The notes under the pieces are model-generated. The model was not told the DNA's origin, ran no database searches, and was given only the letters and a program-made list of their open reading frames with translations. A DNA stretch of 64,000 bases from Azolla caroliniana (lineage: Eukaryota; Plantae; Polypodiophyta). Location of the stretch: positions 6,944,001 through 7,008,000 of the forward strand of contig JBHGNT010000014.1 of the NCBI GenBank assembly GCA_043228905.1. The letters run 5' to 3'. Both the position numbers and the translations under genes were made by a program. This document shows positions 59,497 through 64,000 of the stretch, piece after piece; the first letter of the stretch is position 1, and the number at the start of each line of letters is the position of its first letter.

Positions 59497-61054
59497 TGTC
59501 AGTCCACTTGATCACACCCTCGCGATAGTGACAAAGAGATCGAAGTCCCCCATCGGTGTTCCATACTAGTGTGTATATACATAGATCATGCCTTGGGTTT
59601 GAAGAAGGAGAAGTCACACGTGGATGAAGCTAGAGCTTTGCCACACTCGATGCCTACATATGCCGCGTTCCCTACATTCACTTCGCCTCCTATAATCGCC
59701 TCGCTATCTTCAATCCTATCCTAAACACCGCACGGTTTTTGAACACTAATTAGGAAGGTGACCGGAAAAGGCTTTCTGAAGAATCTTCTTGCATGACATC
59801 ACATCATCCCTAGTTCAAGACTCCTGTGATCCCACTCGAGTAGTGCACACACATCTGTTTACGTGATAGTGGAGTGTGTGGGTAATTGGGAGGTTTCCCC
59901 ACACAAGTGGCTATGGAGAAAGGCAAAACCATGAGATCATATGATCAAGCAAAGAACAAGGGGGAAGGCAAGTCGATGGGACGAGACACTCCCTCAAATA
60001 TTTCAAGTAGGAAGAATGTCCAATGGACATCCTGATTTGAGTGAGGTTGGATTCAATTGTGAAGGACCACATTTAGCTCGGGAGTGCCCCAAGCGAGAAT
60101 GGGGTTCATTTCCAATAGAAGGAGCTCAAGTGGAGGTCAATAAAGAAGAAGAAGAAGAAGAAGAAGAAGAGAAGTCGGATGCCTGATTTTGAGAAAGGAC
60201 ACCTTCAAGGAAGGTTTGCTCGATCGACAAGCTAAGTCCCAAAATGAAGGAAATTCCTCGGAAGTCCTTAGAGTGAGAATTGGAGGTCAAGGTTTCCCCA
60301 ACTGAAATGGGTGAACAAGGGATGATGGTAAAAGAAAAACCTCAAAGGGCCTTGGAGGATGAGACCGAGACGAGGTGAGCTCGACCAAGTTACGTGGGTG
60401 AGGAAGAACAAGCCATAAAGCTAAGGATCTAAGACAACTTGAGGAAGCTATGTTCGGCATATATGGAAGAGCAAGTTAGAAGGATGAAGAAAATGTCCCA
60501 AAACAACAACGGAAAAAGATTCAGAACAACTCACATGAGACAAGATGAAGGCTCAAGCCATTGTGGCTTGAAGTGCTTGTCACAATCTTGCGAGCTTGAT
60601 GGGAGTCAACCTCTACAGGACTTAGGTGAATGTAGTGTCTCTATTCAGTATTGATAGTTAGAGTCCCAAAATTGACTAGGAGTACCTAGGGACCCTAGTC
60701 CTAGTACCAAAAGAGGCACCACCATGGATGTCTTAACCCAAGGCCCCAATAAGTAGTCCCAAGGGATGACCCATCAGCTAGTCTCAACAGCTAGCCCCAA
60801 TTGCCATCATTGTCCCAATATAAGGATGATCATTTCCTCATTCTCATTTATTCCATGCATTCTCAGATTTTGGCTCTCATGAGTGTAGTGACTTTCTCTT
60901 TCTCTCGAGCAGTTTTGCAGTTGTCTCTACTTGTCCCAACTCATCCCAACTTTGTGTTACCAATTAGAAACACTGTCTACTCTCAGTCCATCGAGGTAGA
61001 CTTCAAGGTGATTGTGGTGCAAGGAATAGATCTGTAGGTGCGCGAAACGTAACA
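59497..61054 (+). mobile_element. Uncertain decayed LTR-element fragment with a gag-like zinc-knuckle remnant
   Basis: FNCEGPHLARECP at ~60050-60090; LTR-like CT-rich segment ~60630-61054. Boundaries are weak. Confidence 0.4.
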
Positions 61055-61419
61055 GGCTTAGAAAGCAAAGCGTATTGTCTGGACGGGAAGGGAGACAGCT
61101 ACAACCGAATCTCACCAGTGTATGATCTCATATACACACTTACCCTACGGTTACTAGCCCACAGTTACCACCAGAGTACTACATCGAATCAGTAGACGAC
61201 TTACACAGACACAGGAATCAAAGAAGATAGTATTGTATTACAAAAGGTAGCTCCCTAATTACACGCTAGCTCTTTATAGAAGATTTTTGCCCTTTATATA
61301 CACAGGGATTTTAGTCCGTAACACTTCTAATAAAATATTCTGCTCGTCTAAGCGTTAGGTCCGGCGGACAACACCGGTGGACAACACTTGGCATGCCTGT
61401 GGGACAGTGCCATGGCACG

Positions 61420-63050
61420 TCGGACCCGTCCCTCTACTCATCGTTCAAAATGTCGAGGATGTTCAGCTCCGTTTGTACGGCCTGGTCCGGAAGCGGCTTG
61501 ACGTCCGTAGGTGCTTCGTTGTTCTACTCGATTGGCTCCTCCAATTGCGTGTCGTCCTCTTCACGACTTTCAACCGGTGTGTGAGTTCCCATGTTGTCAT
61601 TTGTACTCCGAGGTTTAGGTGTGGGCTCTTCAATCTATGGGCAAGCGGTTGGTCGGGGCTCTTCCCTATCCATCTCTTCCGTAGCGTTGATAGGCGTATT
61701 GGTCACCTCTGGTGGGATGTTTGAATTGGGTTGAGGCTCATCTTGTTCGGCAGAATGACTGTTGCTACCGCAATTGTCTCCGTCCTCTATTGTTCGCTAT
61801 TGATCTCCATTAGCCGACAGAAAATGTCTTCCTGACTTTCCCCGAAATCTTCCAACAACTGTGTGATTTCTTCAGAGTGTTGGTCCGCTAGCATGCGATA
61901 GTCCTACGTGAGGTCCTCGTGTACTGCAGCAATGCTTTCCTTATTGAGCTCGTAGAAGACTTTGGCTTCTTTTCGTCGGTTCTCCCAGTCCACCCGGTAG
62001 GTGTGCAATTCTACTGCGTGCATTGCCCACACCATCCATCTTTTGTCCAATGCCGCTTTCAACTGTGTCGTAAACCGCTCGCAATTTGTTTGAAGAAGGA
62101 CACATACATTGTCCGTTATTGTTTGGGAGTGGGTTTGCACATCGTCCAGGGCTTTCTTGAGGTTTTTGATTTTACACTTATTGGTTGTAGCCATCTCTCC
62201 TCATAGAGGCTCTTCATCTTCGTCCATATCTGGGATTCTTTCAAGTGTAGTTCCTCGAGACAGCCCATTTCATTGTTCAAGCGGACTTCTACCTGATGCT
62301 TCAGTTCCTGTTCCCACATGAGTTGCTCGTCGTACCATGCTTTCTTCTTTTCCAATAACTCTCAGAGTCCCGTGATAACGGCTTCTATCTTTTGGGCTTC
62401 CTCAAGCAGCTTCCTATTTTCTTCTTTTGTAAGGCTATGCGCTACTATCTCCGCCGCGAGCTTATCCTCCAGTGCTTTCACCGCCCTTCGTCCTTTTGCC
62501 CGAACATCCTTTTCTGTATCTGATGATTGGCCAGTTCCGCGTGGACACGGTCAATCTCGGACTCAGCTAACTGCCTAACTCTTTTTGCTTTTGCGGTGAT
62601 GGCGGTTTGTGCTTTGACCTCCTCCCGTAAAGTCGTCGCTGCATCATCGATGGATGCGAGTCTGGGGTGTTGTTGCGCCGTAGTTGTGTTGCGTTCTAAT
62701 TCCGCAATGCACTCTTGGTCCTTGTGTAGTTGGGTTTGAGTCAGCTTGATTGTTTTCCAAATATTCTTATTTTTGATAACCATATCTTTGGCTCCCATAC
62801 TGACTGTGGCCAACTCCCTATGTACTTCGACGAGGGCCGTATTCAATGGGGGTAATTCAATGCCCATGCGGCGAATCCCTGGATTCCGCAATCTGCCTAT
62901 CTTGGCGAGGGGTCCCTCATCGTCCCTTTCCGCCGTTCTCGTTAGTGCACGCTCAATCATTTGTTGTTCTGCGTGTTCCTTGGCCATTCTCTAGGACACC
63001 TTGATCTATTGTGTCGCCAAAAATTCCAGGAGTTTGTAAGTCGTCCCAAA
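61420..63050 (-). pseudogene. Frameshifted long coiled-coil-like ORF of unknown identity (probable retroelement extra ORF)
   Basis: Consecutive minus ORFs 62478-62987, 62116-62355 and 61904-62194 are E/K/L/A-rich; followed by an LTR-like segment at 61055-61400. Confidence 0.45.
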
Positions 63051-63054
63051 CTGT

Positions 63055-63445
63055 AGTTGAGAATCAAGCTCAACATAGTGCAACGTGTGAACACACCTTT
63101 TGAGAATCCATGATTACTCAAAGGTCAAGAGTGATACCACTACTCTCTACACATTAACTATGTGTCATAGAATCATATTCTATGACACATAACTAATGAG
63201 TTACATATTCCCCATGACTATGAATCTTCACATTCCCCAAGAGAGAGAGTGGTTGTTGTAAGTTAATGAAGAGAGAGGGTGACTCTATATAAAGCACCCT
63301 CCTCATACTTCATACTAAGTCGATTGTGACTCCTTGTAATGCTATAGTTTTGTATCTCCATTCTACTTGTGAAATATACACATTCTTCTTGAGTATTTTA
63401 TTTCTCTTGCTTATCTATCTTGTGTTCTCTTCTCTCCTCTATTTT

Positions 63446-63479
<34 letters not shown>

Positions 63480-64000
63480 GCACACACACATCACACAAAA
63501 GAATCACCATCGATTCTTTACATGCTATCAGAGCGATTTGGTAGCTCGATCTAGCCCATTTGCCTCATCGTGATCGTGTGTTGTGCTCTACGCCGACATT
63601 CAAGAAGAACCGGCTCATCGTTATCGTAGTACCACTACATAGCTCGTGTTCGAGAGTGAAGGAAAAGAAGAAAGGAAGCTTAATCGACAATGAATACTCA
63701 AATGGGGAGAGCTCTCCGTAGCGAGAAGTTGGATCGCAACAACTTTGCATCTTGGGAGTACAAGATGCACCAATACCTTGTCGGCCAAGGCTATTGGCGT
63801 TACATCAAGGGAGCACAAGAAGACCGACCCCACTCGAAAGACTGACTATGCAACTTGGGAGCAAGCGGCAAGCCGAGTGATGTATTGCTTGGCGACATGT
63901 GTTCACGACCACATGTTCGCTACATTCGAGAAGTCGAGACACTGAAGGAAGCATGGGAGAATCTACGAAAGATTTTCGCCGACGTCACGACTGCGAGAAA
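63055..64000 (+). mobile_element. Copia family D 5' end: LTR 63055-63522, mutated PBS TGCTATCAGAGC, gag remnant; continues beyond the window
   Basis: LTR homologous to the reverse complement of 23955-24418; EKLDRNNFASWEYKMHQYLVGQGYW. Confidence 0.92.

Overview
Eukaryotic (plant) nuclear DNA, almost entirely a nested stack of LTR retrotransposons. The element spectrum (Tcn1-like chromoviruses, a fungal-like non-chromoviral gypsy, and a copia family whose Gag begins 'LDRTNYASW') suggests a fern or other seed-free plant, but this is inference. There is one clear host gene: an intronless DAD1-like phospholipase A1 / class-3 lipase (12491-13825, +). Two Ty1/copia elements are intact and very young: 38248-43594 (TSD CTACC, LTRs differ at 1/284 nt) and 44923-50236 (TSD CTCTA, LTRs differ at 2/599 nt). 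A sister of the second runs off the left edge (1-3672, -). The rest is decayed copia and gypsy elements, solo LTRs, a LINE remnant, a fossil DDE/D transposase and short tandem duplications. The most unusual signals are: (i) tRNA-like Pol III A-box/B-box modules placed antisense near the 5' end of three different LTRs; (ii) covarying hairpins at the PBS position of one gypsy family and at the terminus of a solo-LTR family with ACG-N 4-bp target sites; (iii) a conserved inverted repeat bracketing the PPT in two copia families; (iv) a Sola2-like transposase fossil; (v) strong CCGG enrichment in the young copia. All coordinates and comparisons were made by eye; boundaries of decayed elements are approximate.
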